DNA of 64,000 nucleotides from a virus (IMGVR_UViG_3300048998_000202); one strand, 5' to 3'; positions 19,245 to 28,964 are shown, counted from the first letter of the stretch. Numbers and translations are program-made. Notes: generated by a model not told the origin, from the letters alone.

Positions 19245-21970
19245 GAGTTGGCGAACAAGGTGGTGGCTGTGGCGCTGGACGTGGCCTGGGCCCAGCGCAG
19301 GGTCAGACTCCCGGCGGTGCTCCCGACCGTCAGCAGCCCTCGGGGAAGGGCGACGGCCTTGACTCCGGCTCCGGAGGCTCCCACTGTGTCCTCGACCCCG
19401 AGAGGCTGCCGGGCGAGTTTGATGCTGCCGGTGCCGCCGGTCTGACTGGCCGAGGCCCCGTTGACGGTCCAGTCCATGAGGGCGCCGGTCGGACCGGTGA
19501 AGGTGACGCGCAGGTCTCCTGCGGTGTCGCCGTCGTAGAGCAGGAAGGCGTCCATGAGGTAGATGCCGTTGGCGGCGACTGATACGACAAGTTGGTCATC
19601 GTCCTGGACGGTGATGCTGCTCGTCACCGTCTCGTCTGCGGTCTTGCGGACGACTGTGATTGGCTGCTGTCCGTGGGCAAGGTCGTAGTCCGTGCCGTCG
19701 GAGCCCTTCCAGCGGGGCAGGCCGGACGAGGAGTACATGACGCCGCCGCCGGTAGGGGTTCCTGCCGGAGGGGTCGTGGCGTCGGCCATGCCCAGGACCC
19801 CGATGCCGCCGCCCAGTGAGGTGGTGTTCAGGCGCAGTGCGGTGGTGGCCTGGAGGGCCCCGTCGGTCTTGAGGACAGCGACGTTGGAGCGGTAGAGGTT
19901 GGTGTCCCGGGTGGCCGCCCCGGTGCCCCACTCCTGCTTGCCGTCCACGTACGTGACGTGCCGGGTGGTGGTGTCCCCCGACACCTGGCCCTGCCAGGAG
20001 CGGGCCGTGGTGTCCGTACCCGTCACCATGGCCCCCTGGCCGCCGGTAGCGGTCGGCAGGATCGTCAGGGCTATACCGCTGGCGCGGGTGAGGGACAGGC
20101 CGCCAGCGGTGCCTGAGGAGCCTCCGATGGACACCAGGCCCGTGGAGCGGGTCACGGCGATCGGGGCGTCCAGGAGGGTGCCTGCATCGTCGTAGCGCAG
20201 GATCTGGAGGTCGGTGCCGGTGTCACCGCCAGCTTCGGTGGTGTTGTTGGCCCGCAGGATCCAGCGGCGGCCCGTGGTGCCCATGTCGCTAGAGATCGAC
20301 AACTGGAGGTCCTTGTGGACCGTGTTGTTGCCGCCGACACGCAGGGCGGTGTTCTGGCCCGCGTAGGTCCCGGTGGCCATGTTCTGGGCCCGGACCGAGA
20401 AGTCCGCCAAGTTGGTGCGGATGTTGGTGTAGTCGATACCGATCGCCACGTTGTCGATCGCGTGGGCGCCGTCCACGGCCTGATTGATGAACGGCACCTC
20501 CAAGCGGCCCTGGAGGGCGCCTGTGGAGTCCGCGATCTCCAGTTCCCAGTGCCCGTGTACCGAACCGTGGTCGTTCGCCTCGTAGTGCGCGCCCGTCCAC
20601 ACCACGGGCTTCCAGCCGATGCCGCTCGACATCGGATTCCGGGTGGCCGGGTCGTAGCCGCCCTTCTTCGTGGAGGTCTGGACGGGAAGGTAGAACGCCA
20701 GCATGGTCTTGGCGTCGCTGCGCATGGCGAAGTTGCGAATGGTCTCGCCGAAGGAGCTGAAGTTGGCCCGCTGATACGAGTACAGATTCAGGCGGCCCGT
20801 GGTGTCGGTGCCGGTGCCGTCGTCGTCGCCTCCGGTGTAGGTGGAGGGGATGCTGACGGAGTCCACGGCCCCGGTGCTGCCGATGGGGTATCCCGACACG
20901 GCTCCGAAGCGGTTGAGGACGAGCTGTCCTGCAACCGTGCCACCGGCAAGCGGCAAGTAGGTGCTGGCGGCATTCGCCCGATCCCCATGAGGATCACTGG
21001 CGGCCACATGCGAGGCCACCACGGCCGCCGGGGCGTCTCCGGCAGCCACGGTGGTGGAGGACGTCCCCACATTCTTGGTGGCAGCGCCCCCCAGACCCAG
21101 GCTGGTACGCGCTGTCGCGGCATCATCGAGGTCGGAGAGGTTCGAGTCGGCCTGGAGAGCGCCCGTGATGCGGGAGTCGTCTCCGGCCGCGATCTGGTTG
21201 GTGGAGGTACCGACGTTGCGGGTGGAGGAGTTACCGAGGCCGAGGTTGGTGCGTGCGGTAGGGGCGTCGAGGTCAGAGAGGTTCGCGGACTTCTGAGCGG
21301 CTCCGGTGATGCGGGCGTCCCCGCCGTCGGCCACGGTGCCGCTCGTGGTGCCCACGTTGCGCAGGGCTGCCGCGCCCAGCCCGAGGTTGATGCGGGAGGC
21401 GCCCGCGTCGTCGAGGTCGGAGAGGTTGTTCTCGACCAGCAGGCGACCGGATTCGACATCCGTGACCCGACTGGCCAGCGTGGCTCCGGAAGAGGCCGAA
21501 TAGGCACCTACGTCGCTTGAGGTCAGCGTCACCGGACCGGTCTTGGTGTTGACCGATGTCACTGCGGAGGAGGGCGCCGGAGGGAGTTGGCCCGAGGGCA
21601 CCTTGCCGTCACTCCCGAGCGAGGCCACGCCGTTGGCTGCGCCCTTCGCGCTGACCGGAACGTAGGAGCCGCTCAGCGACTGCACGATCTGGCCGGTCTG
21701 GGCGTACAGGGTGGTGAGGGCCCCGGCGCTGTTCCTGGCGTAGACCTGGGTGAGGCCGTCAGGGCCGAGGAACTGCGGGATCAGGCAGTCCGAACCGATG
21801 TCCAGAGTGGAGCCGATGGGAGTGCCGTTGGGCGCCTGGATGCTGGCGAGGGTAGTCCCGGCCGAGTCGGTGTAGATGGTGACCGTGTCGCCCTGGGGGC
21901 TGTACAGGGGTGTTCCGGGCGTACCGTACCGAAAGACCAGGCGGTCCTGGGGGAACAGCCAGCGCGTCAA
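19217..21970 (-). CDS. Fibre-like virion protein with internal repeats
   Basis: 917 aa; three NLSDL..A.AR..LGLG..A.RNVGT repeats; GVASLGSDGK repeat. Confidence 0.7.
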   Translation of the reverse strand: MTRWLFPQDRLVFRYGTPGTPLYSPQGDTVTIYTDSAGTTLASIQAPNGTPIGSTLDIGSDCLIPQFLGPDGLTQVYARNSAGALTTLYAQTGQIVQSLSGSYVPVSAKGAANGVASLGSDGKVPSGQLPPAPSSAVTSVNTKTGPVTLTSSDVGAYSASSGATLASRVTDVESGRLLVENNLSDLDDAGASRINLGLGAAALRNVGTTSGTVADGGDARITGAAQKSANLSDLDAPTARTNLGLGNSSTRNVGTSTNQIAAGDDSRITGALQADSNLSDLDDAATARTSLGLGGAATKNVGTSSTTVAAGDAPAAVVASHVAASDPHGDRANAASTYLPLAGGTVAGQLVLNRFGAVSGYPIGSTGAVDSVSIPSTYTGGDDDGTGTDTTGRLNLYSYQRANFSSFGETIRNFAMRSDAKTMLAFYLPVQTSTKKGGYDPATRNPMSSGIGWKPVVWTGAHYEANDHGSVHGHWELEIADSTGALQGRLEVPFINQAVDGAHAIDNVAIGIDYTNIRTNLADFSVRAQNMATGTYAGQNTALRVGGNNTVHKDLQLSISSDMGTTGRRWILRANNTTEAGGDTGTDLQILRYDDAGTLLDAPIAVTRSTGLVSIGGSSGTAGGLSLTRASGIALTILPTATGGQGAMVTGTDTTARSWQGQVSGDTTTRHVTYVDGKQEWGTGAATRDTNLYRSNVAVLKTDGALQATTALRLNTTSLGGGIGVLGMADATTPPAGTPTGGGVMYSSSGLPRWKGSDGTDYDLAHGQQPITVVRKTADETVTSSITVQDDDQLVVSVAANGIYLMDAFLLYDGDTAGDLRVTFTGPTGALMDWTVNGASASQTGGTGSIKLARQPLGVEDTVGASGAGVKAVALPRGLLTVGSTAGSLTLRWAQATSSATATTLFANSWLRVTKIA

Positions 21971-22040
21971 CTCTGCCTCCAGCAGTCGGCCCGGGAAGGG
22001 GTTCTCACCCCTTCTTCGGACTCAGGAGATCCAGGACATG

Positions 22041-22151
22041 GCTGAGGGCGCCACCCCGAAGGATGACGCCCTCCCCTGCCGCGCCGCGCCTCGCCCTGCC
22101 ATGCCGAGCCTAGCCGTGCCGTGCCGCGCCGTGCAAAACCTGACTCTATCA
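22041..22151 (-). ncRNA. Solo GGY-NN pentamer small-RNA cassette (11 units, 22076-22130)
   Basis: TGATAGAGTCA leader, then GGCGC GGCAC GGCAC GGCTA GGCTC GGCAT GGCAG GGCGA GGCGC GGCGC GGCAG, then a GAGGGCG/CGCCCTC hairpin. Confidence 0.8.
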
Positions 22152-22159
22152 GGTCCTGG

Positions 22160-23923
22160 TCAGCGGACGACCCAGTTGCCCGCAGGGGTCGGTAGGTACT
22201 CCTTGGCGCTCCACTGGGTGCTGATGGCGACCGGGGTGGTGCCGTTGATGGTCTGGCTGGAAGTGGTGGCGATGTTGACCGCGTTGGCGGAGGCGTCGGT
22301 CTTGACCACCACGATGTTCTTGTTGCGTCCGACGGCTGTCGGCAACGTGACGGTGTGAGCGGCGGCCGTGCAGTTGACGAGAATCATCTCGTCGAACGAA
22401 CTCACCGCGTAGTCGGCCGCGACCGAGATCGCCGGGTAGGACCGCTGGCCGTCGATGATGTCGAATCCGACGGGGTTGTCCAGGGCCAGGTTGGCCGAGG
22501 TGTACAGCCCCATGATCGCCACCTCGCCCCGGGTGGCGATCAGACCCTGACCGGAATTGTTGTCGCCGAACTTGGGCGTGCCCTCGGTGTCGATCTTCAG
22601 GTAAATGAAGGGGCCGATCCCTCCGGCGCCCTGGCCGAGGATGTAGACCAGGTAGCTACAGCTCTCGATCGACAGCATCGTGGCCACGATGGCGTGGGAG
22701 GACCCCGCCGACCCGTAGTAGCCGCCGACCGGGCAGAAGGCTGCCCAGCAGTACAGGATCCGCATGGCATAGATGTCGGAGTGCTCGGTCACGAAAAATC
22801 CGTAGGTGTATCCCCCGTGACAGGTCACGTTGCGGATCAGGCAACTGTCGTTGTTGCCCGAGGAGGGGAAGAGCACGCCGATCGACAGGCCCGAGGAGAA
22901 AGAGCCGAAGGCCGTGTAGTCGCCGCCCGTGACCGATCCGGCGGTGCCGTAGGCGAAGTCGCTCAAGGTGGCGTTGGCGACGCCGGACAGGTCCAAGGCC
23001 GACATGGTCAGGCCGCTGGCACTGTGAGCGGTCAGGATGGACATGTTGCGGAAGTTCACGGCGAGGTTGGTGTAAAGCAGGGCGGAGGTGCCGTAACCAC
23101 TGGGCTGGGACGGGCCGCCGATGACCGCCGAGTTGCCGTTGTCGTTGATGCTGTTGATCTGTGCAGCGGGCGAAGCATGCACCAGGAACGACACCAGGGT
23201 GGCGCCGCCGGTCTGCGGGACGAGTTGGAGCCAGTGCTGGACGGAGGAGCCGTCGACCGGGCCCTCGAAGGTGAGGGTCAGCTTGTTCCCGGCGACCGGC
23301 AGTACCGGCAACGTGAGCTGACTATTGCCCTTACTGGAGCCTCCGGTGCGCAGGGCACCACCGATGCCGTAGAACCGCCCCTGAGCCGCCGGTATCTGGA
23401 CGATGGCGTTATAGCTGTGCGCCAGACCGTAGGCCACCGCCGCGTCGATGGCGGCCTGGAACGCCACGGTGTCGTCGGTTGCCCACAAGACCATCGCACC
23501 CGAGATCGAGGTGGAGGCGTTGGCGCTGAGGACCGCGTGTCCGGAGTTGGTGACGCTCTGGATGAGGGCGATATGACAGGTGGCGGCAGCAGTCCCCGCG
23601 CCCTTGACCATGACGAGCTTGCCCGCGTCCCCGGGGACGAACTTCAAGCTAGTGGCGCAGGCCAGGATGGGTGAGCCCGACGTCATGGCGCCGTCGGTGA
23701 CGATCTGCCCGTCTCCTTTGGCGCCGTAGGCCGTGGGGTCGAACACCCCTGGCGCGGCTCCTCCGATCTGGGAGAACGAGGAGAACAGCGCCGCTGCGGC
23801 CGTGGGACTCAGGGCCAGGTACTGATCATCGGTAAGGGTGTAGGGCAAGCCACCCTGGGCAACGATGCCGCCGGGCAGCATGACATCGACCAGACCGGGC
23901 TTGAGCGTGACGCTGTACGGCAC
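22160..23923 (-). CDS. Tailspike/depolymerase-like beta-helix virion protein
   Basis: FDPTAYGAKGDG...TDDTVAFQAAIDAA pectate-lyase-3-like start. Confidence 0.7.
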   Translation of the reverse strand: MPYSVTLKPGLVDVMLPGGIVAQGGLPYTLTDDQYLALSPTAAAALFSSFSQIGGAAPGVFDPTAYGAKGDGQIVTDGAMTSGSPILACATSLKFVPGDAGKLVMVKGAGTAAATCHIALIQSVTNSGHAVLSANASTSISGAMVLWATDDTVAFQAAIDAAVAYGLAHSYNAIVQIPAAQGRFYGIGGALRTGGSSKGNSQLTLPVLPVAGNKLTLTFEGPVDGSSVQHWLQLVPQTGGATLVSFLVHASPAAQINSINDNGNSAVIGGPSQPSGYGTSALLYTNLAVNFRNMSILTAHSASGLTMSALDLSGVANATLSDFAYGTAGSVTGGDYTAFGSFSSGLSIGVLFPSSGNNDSCLIRNVTCHGGYTYGFFVTEHSDIYAMRILYCWAAFCPVGGYYGSAGSSHAIVATMLSIESCSYLVYILGQGAGGIGPFIYLKIDTEGTPKFGDNNSGQGLIATRGEVAIMGLYTSANLALDNPVGFDIIDGQRSYPAISVAADYAVSSFDEMILVNCTAAAHTVTLPTAVGRNKNIVVVKTDASANAVNIATTSSQTINGTTPVAISTQWSAKEYLPTPAGNWVVR

Positions 23924-23980
23924 AGGTCCTCCAGGGGTGCGTCTTCACCCCTTCCCGGGCCTGAACCGGGTCTGGACATG

Positions 23981-24013
23981 ACGAAGGCCCGCTCCCCACG
24001 GGCGGGCCTTCGT
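23981..24013. terminator. Intrinsic terminator hairpin
   Basis: ACGAAGGCCCGC...GCGGGCCTTCGT inverted repeat. Confidence 0.7.
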
Positions 24014-24083
24014 GCACACTCATCAGGATTTTAAAATCCTGTCTCCTGCTGCTGCGCTGCTCCACGCTGCGGAGCGGACTCTA

Positions 24084-24674
24084 TCAGGACGTGGGGGTCT
24101 GCGACCGCTCGGTCAGCATCTGCTGGAGACGGTTCAGGGCCTGCTCCTGCTTCTCGACCTTGTCCGCCAGTTCGGCAGTGGTCTCCTTGGTCTCCCGGCG
24201 GACGGCCTGGGTCTCCTTGCGGGCGGCCTTCAGCCCCTCCTCCAGCCGATCCTGCCGCCGCGACAGACGCCGGGTGATGTCCGAGACGGCCTGGAGAGCC
24301 CCGGCCTGAGCGTCGTACACCTGCCCCTGCTGCGGAGTCAGCTCGTTGCGGTCGGCCTTGGTCAGAAGATCTATGGCCGTACGGATCCGGCGGTTGGCCT
24401 TCTTGGTCTGGTACCGGGCCGCGCCCCCGTGCTCGGAGGCGTGCATGACGCGGTAGCCCACTTCCCGCTCGTTGGTCAGAGCCCGCTGGTGCTTGTCCAG
24501 CAGCTCCTTCTCCGCACGTCTCACCGGGCTGCGGTCGAGCCGGATGTTGATTCCGGCCCACTCCGAGAGCTCCTCGTACGTGACGACGGTGTCCGGATCG
24601 AGGTCGCGCAGACCCTCATAGATCAGGACCCAACGGGCGACGTCGCCCTTGGGCTCGAACGGCTTGGTGCCCAT
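24084..24674 (-). CDS. Accessory protein co-transcribed with the RAMP gene (possible winged-HTH plus coiled coil)
   Basis: 196 aa; VVTYEELSEWAG and REVGYRV segments; long charged coiled-coil C-terminus. Confidence 0.7.
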   Translation of the reverse strand: MGTKPFEPKGDVARWVLIYEGLRDLDPDTVVTYEELSEWAGINIRLDRSPVRRAEKELLDKHQRALTNEREVGYRVMHASEHGGAARYQTKKANRRIRTAIDLLTKADRNELTPQQGQVYDAQAGALQAVSDITRRLSRRQDRLEEGLKAARKETQAVRRETKETTAELADKVEKQEQALNRLQQMLTERSQTPTS

Positions 24675-24718
24675 TCGTTCGTTCTCCTTGTTGTCGGTGC
24701 TGCTGATACTGGCGGAAA

Positions 24719-25297
24719 TCAGCCCTGGATCTGGGTGACCTCGACGTCGAACCGCCCGAACCGGGGACGGTAGTCACCCAGTCCGATCATCTGGCCCGCC
24801 TTCTCGGCGATGCTGGTGATCTGGTCCAGGTCGAGCTGGCCGTCGTCCACGATCAGGTCGGCCTCCAGCGCCCACTGCGGGAACTTGGGCCGGGTGCGCA
24901 TGACGCGCGAGGTGGTGACCCCCACGGAGAGCCGGGAGACGAAGTTCTTGTCCTTCCACAGTCCCTCGACCGTACGGGATCCGCTGTAGCCCAGGGGGTG
25001 GATCTCGTTGACGACGACGACACCTCGCTCGACGGCCGGGCCCTGCCGGGTCATCTTGGCCGCCTTGATCAGGCAGGCGTGGATGTTGGCGCCGGGGATG
25101 TACGGACCGGTCTCCTCGTCGAAGTACAGGCCGCCCTCGAACTCGATGCGGGCCATCTCCTCGTGGTCGGACTCGGTCTTGATGCGCTTGCCGGAGACCT
25201 TTTTGAGCTGCTTGGTGATGGTCGCCAGCGGGTCGGACAGTTGCGCGTTGTGCATCAGCAGCGACGTGGTTCCGATGATGGTCAGGCGGACCTGCAT
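24719..25297 (-). CDS. Stand-alone Cas7/Csm3-like RAMP protein (Vipr-like RNA-binding effector)
   Basis: beta1 VRLTIIGTTSLLMH; GPYIPGANIHACL (cf. Csm3 PYIPGSSLKG); C-terminal G-loop IGLGDYRPRFGRF; ATG at 25297 after GGGAGA; adjacent to the pentamer array. Confidence 0.75.
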   Translation of the reverse strand: MQVRLTIIGTTSLLMHNAQLSDPLATITKQLKKVSGKRIKTESDHEEMARIEFEGGLYFDEETGPYIPGANIHACLIKAAKMTRQGPAVERGVVVVNEIHPLGYSGSRTVEGLWKDKNFVSRLSVGVTTSRVMRTRPKFPQWALEADLIVDDGQLDLDQITSIAEKAGQMIGLGDYRPRFGRFDVEVTQIQG

Positions 25298-25334
25298 GAG
25301 TTCTCCCTGGTGTCGGTACTCTCTGGCGCCACCG

Positions 25335-25364
25335 AACATACTCCAAGGATTGTTGGAGTGTCAA
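25335..25364 (-). promoter_or_regulatory. Sigma70/HrdB-type promoter with a palindromic operator in the spacer
   Basis: TTGACA-CTCCAACAATCCTTGGAG-TATGTT. Confidence 0.75.
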
Positions 25365-25374
25365 CGGGGCAAAA

Positions 25375-25874
25375 CGAAGGGCCCGGGATCCGAAGATCCC
25401 GGGCCCTTCTCCATGCCTCGCCGTGTCGAGCCTTGCCATGCCGGGCCATGCCCGACCAAGCCGTGCCACGCAAGACTTGACTCTGTCAGTTCCACCACGA
25501 TCTGTCAAACGACGAAGGGGACCACCCGGAGGTGATCCCCTTCTCCCTGCCGTGCCTTACCCGGCCCTGCCTAGCCATGCCACACCGCACCACGCCCCGC
25601 AGGTCTTGACGTTATCAAGACCCTTCGGAGCCGTCAATGACGAAGGGGCCCTCCGTAGAGGACCCCTTCTCCTATGCCAAACCTAGCCATACCCTACCCT
25701 GCCACGCCAAACCTAGCCAAGCCATGCCCTGCAAGACTTGACTCTGTCAGCTCCTACGGCATCTGTCAACGACGGAGGGGCCCCACCGTAGTGGAGCCCC
25801 TCTCCCATGCCCGGCCTTACCCAGCCCTGCCTTGCCTCACCTCGGCCAGCCGTACCGAGACCTTGACTGTATCA
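25375..25874 (-). ncRNA. Array A: four GGY-NN pentamer small-RNA cassettes (10, 11, 10, 11 units)
   Basis: Pentamer tracts at 25807-25856, 25674-25728, 25547-25596 and 25413-25467, each with a TGAYAnnGTCAAG leader, TTGAC -35 (three of four) and a GC-rich terminator hairpin. Confidence 0.85.
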
Positions 25875-25877
25875 GGA

Positions 25878-26747
25878 TCAGTAGAACCGGGACCAGTACC
25901 GGGGCCGCGCCGCCACCGAGCCCGCCATGCGGGTAGGCCCGTACCTGCCGTAGACGCCGCCCGAGATCAGGACGGCCGGGCGTCCGAGACCCATCTGGCT
26001 GATCTTGAAGACATCGAGCTGGGACTTGGCGGCCTGCTCCTCCTCCATGAGGACGTCCCGCCAGCGCTGGACGTAGTCCCGGCGGTCCAGTCGGGAGACG
26101 TTGCCGGAGCCCTGGAACATGGGCTGCTCGGTGTAGGAGCGGATCAGGTGCTTGAGGGTCTCGATCCAGGTCATGGCCTCCAGCAGCGGGCCCCACTGGG
26201 GATAGGGGAACTGCGCTCCCCCGTCGCCGTCCACGGTGAAGGTCTGGAAGGGCTGCGCGATGGTGTTCATGCGCCCGAGCGCGATGCGCATCAGTTCGGC
26301 GATCCGGCCCCGGCCGAACTTCGACTGGACGTAGGTCGTCAGGTTGGGGCCGCCACCTGGGGAGTCGATGGTGTCGGCGATGCGGACCATGACGCGCTCG
26401 ATGATGTCTTTCATCGGGACCACCAGGCCGTCGTACGACGGGGCGGCCGGGCCGATCTCGATGCCGGACTCGTAGTACTCCTGCTGACCGGTCAGCAGGT
26501 ATGTCCAGGCCAGGGTGTAGGAGCCCGGGACGGAGGTCTCCACGCTGTTGAAGGTCGCCGAGTAGTCGCCGGTCGCGTTGTGGGTGGCCAGCCGGGAGAA
26601 GATCTCGTTGCCGGTGTTCTCGGAGACCATGGTGAGGGTGACCCCGGCGTCGGCATCTATCGGGACCTGGTTCTGGAGGATCTTCAGTCCCACCACGTCC
26701 ACGGCGTACTGCGATACGTACTGCCGATCGTTCCAGTACAAGGCCAT
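25878..26747 (-). CDS. Head-tail adaptor/neck protein
   Basis: 289-aa ORF in the head-completion region. Confidence 0.55.
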   Translation of the reverse strand: MALYWNDRQYVSQYAVDVVGLKILQNQVPIDADAGVTLTMVSENTGNEIFSRLATHNATGDYSATFNSVETSVPGSYTLAWTYLLTGQQEYYESGIEIGPAAPSYDGLVVPMKDIIERVMVRIADTIDSPGGGPNLTTYVQSKFGRGRIAELMRIALGRMNTIAQPFQTFTVDGDGGAQFPYPQWGPLLEAMTWIETLKHLIRSYTEQPMFQGSGNVSRLDRRDYVQRWRDVLMEEEQAAKSQLDVFKISQMGLGRPAVLISGGVYGRYGPTRMAGSVAARPRYWSRFY

Positions 26748-26756
26748 GGTCGAGTC

Positions 26757-27410
26757 CTAGCGGTCGGTCGCGTTGACGAACATGGCCAGGATGCGGCTGG
26801 TGCTCAGCGTCATGGAAGAGCCGGTGGGCGAAGCGGTGATCTGGATGCCGACCGAGTGGGAGCCCGCGCTGATGTTGCGTACGCCCAGGACCGGGATGGT
26901 CGTGGACCAGTGACCGGTGCCGAAGGTGGAGTTGTCGGGCCAGTTGGTCAGGACGTACTCCGCCATGGTGGCGTCGAAGGCCGACACCGCGCCGTCGATC
27001 AGGATGCGGTTGGTACCGCCGATGAAGCCCCGGGTGGGCAGGCTGAACTCGTTGGTACCGATGCACAGCAGGCTACCGGGCCGGTTCACGGTGAAAGTAC
27101 CGATGGTGTAGCTGACGACGGTGTTGTGGTTGATGGTGGCGTTGGGCCGCAGAGCGCCCCACCACACGGCCGGGCCGTAGAGCATCTCGCGCCAGGTGGT
27201 GCCGTTCCACATCAGGGTACGGCGGGTGTCCGTCTCGATGATCTGCATGCCCGTCTGGCCCGCACCCCAGGACGGCCGGGTGGTGGACGTGCATATCCAG
27301 TCGCCCGTGTGCTGGTCCAGGATGTTGAAGTTCTGGACGAAGTCGGTCCGCAGGAACGGGTCCGACCCGTCGGGGATCTTGATCCCCATGTGCTGGCTGG
27401 TGGTGGACAT
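26757..27410 (-). CDS. Virion protein
   Basis: 217 aa, beta-rich, preceded by the late-promoter-like motif. Confidence 0.55.
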   Translation of the reverse strand: MSTTSQHMGIKIPDGSDPFLRTDFVQNFNILDQHTGDWICTSTTRPSWGAGQTGMQIIETDTRRTLMWNGTTWREMLYGPAVWWGALRPNATINHNTVVSYTIGTFTVNRPGSLLCIGTNEFSLPTRGFIGGTNRILIDGAVSAFDATMAEYVLTNWPDNSTFGTGHWSTTIPVLGVRNISAGSHSVGIQITASPTGSSMTLSTSRILAMFVNATDR

Positions 27411-27502
27411 CCGCTCCCGATCCTCTCGTGGTGACCTTCACCCCTTCCGGGGCGACCTGCGGTAGCCGACAGGACCGGTCGGGGCGACTACCAATAGATG
27501 TG

Positions 27503-27541
27503 CGAGGAGCCCCGTACGTCAGGTTCGTACGGGGCTCCTCA
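27503..27541. terminator. Intrinsic terminator hairpin
   Basis: GAGGAGCCCCGTACG...CGTACGGGGCTCCTC. Confidence 0.7.
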
Positions 27542-27550
27542 CGTCCGACA

Positions 27551-28936
27551 TCAGGAAACGGTGACGTTGCCCGACGCGGCGGAGGTGGTCGTGGAGACCG
27601 ATCCCTGGGCCCCCACGGTGGCGGTGTCCACATGGCCGGTGGTCAGCGCGGTGAAGTCGTTGCTCAAGACGTTGCCCGCCACGGTGTGGACGGTGGTGTC
27701 CTGGCCTCCCAGGGTGACGATGTAGTTGATCGGGGCGCCCGAGGACGGTGCGGACCACACGACGTGGATGGTGCCCGCCGACGGGCTGGTGACCGTCGGG
27801 GCCGCCGGGGCGGTGGGCTTGCCGAAGGCCGCCGAGGCACTGGAGGTGGCGTTGGCGACCGCGCCGTTGGAAGTGACCGTGGCCGTGATGGCGGTGGCGC
27901 TGGCGACTCCGGTGAAGGTGGTCGTCAGAGTCCCGGCGGCCACGGTCTTGGTCTGGCCGGACGACAGGGTCACCGTGTAGCTGAGCACGGTGCCGCCGGA
28001 CGTCGGGGCGACCCAGGTGGCCACCACGCCGCCCACGGTGGCGTTGCCGGACAGGACGACGCTCGTGGGGGCGCCGGGGCGACCCTGGAGGCCGGAGCCC
28101 GACTTGATGGTGCCGTCGGCGCCGTAGATGGGGTTCTGGGCCCAGTAGGGGTCCAGGCCGCCGGGCTTGCCGACGTCCGGCTCATCCGGGTTGTACGGCG
28201 TCACGGAGGCCGAGGCGGTGCCCAGCGGGCCGTTGCCGTTGCGGTTCCGGGCCAGCACCTGGAAGGTGTACGCCTGGTCGGGGACCAGGTTCTGGACGGT
28301 GACGGTGGTGACGCCCCGGCCGGTGTAGGTGGTGCCGCCGGTCGAGCCGACCACCACGTATCCCAGGACGGGCGCGGTGGCATGCGGGTCGGCCACGGTG
28401 GCCCACGTGACGCTCGCCGTACGGGCTCCGGCGGCCACGGTGGGGGTACCGGCGGGGGCGACCGGTACGAGGGCGCTGACGGGCCCGATGGCACCGATGT
28501 TGCCCGACTCCAGGGTGCCGCTGAGGTTCTGGGCGTAGTCGGTGCGCACCGATCCGTCGGAGATCGGGGTGTCGGTCCGAGTGGTGTCGGCGCCTCCTGC
28601 GGCGCCCACGAGGCCGACGGTGAGGGTCGGGGCCCGGTACGCCTGGGTGACTCCGGAGGTCTGGGGCCAGCCGATCATGCCGGTCTCGACGGTGCCCGCC
28701 AGCAGAGGCGGAGGGGTCGGGGTGTACGGGCCGTTGGTGGCGTTGGTCGCTGAGGTGTCCGGAGTGCCGGTCAGCGTGCCACCGGTCTGGACGTTGCTGC
28801 CGCCGCCGCCAGCGCCGGAGTTGGCGGTGTCGGTGTTGGACGCGCGGTCTTGGGTTCCACGGGGGGCAGCACCGGCATTTCCGGTCACACCCTCGGTGTC
28901 GATCTCCTGACCCGAGTATCCGGGCGGTGTGGTCAT
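27551..28936 (-). CDS. Fibronectin type III repeat virion (decoration) protein
   Basis: VTW...GYVV...VQNLVPDQAYTFQVLARN and two further FN3-like units. Confidence 0.8.
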   Translation of the reverse strand: MTTPPGYSGQEIDTEGVTGNAGAAPRGTQDRASNTDTANSGAGGGGSNVQTGGTLTGTPDTSATNATNGPYTPTPPPLLAGTVETGMIGWPQTSGVTQAYRAPTLTVGLVGAAGGADTTRTDTPISDGSVRTDYAQNLSGTLESGNIGAIGPVSALVPVAPAGTPTVAAGARTASVTWATVADPHATAPVLGYVVVGSTGGTTYTGRGVTTVTVQNLVPDQAYTFQVLARNRNGNGPLGTASASVTPYNPDEPDVGKPGGLDPYWAQNPIYGADGTIKSGSGLQGRPGAPTSVVLSGNATVGGVVATWVAPTSGGTVLSYTVTLSSGQTKTVAAGTLTTTFTGVASATAITATVTSNGAVANATSSASAAFGKPTAPAAPTVTSPSAGTIHVVWSAPSSGAPINYIVTLGGQDTTVHTVAGNVLSNDFTALTTGHVDTATVGAQGSVSTTTSAASGNVTVS

Positions 28937-28964
28937 GGTGCTGCTCCCTCGGGGACTCGGTGTA

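Noticed and set aside
25375-25874. Canonical CRISPR array or simple microsatellite
   Set aside because: There are no identical 25-40 nt direct repeats with spacers. Each unit has its own promoter-like leader and terminator, and NN varies while GGY is fixed.
25282-25880. Short ORFs across the pentamer tracts (also 30683-31280)
   Set aside because: They are low-complexity translations of the repeats, cross terminators and lack an RBS.
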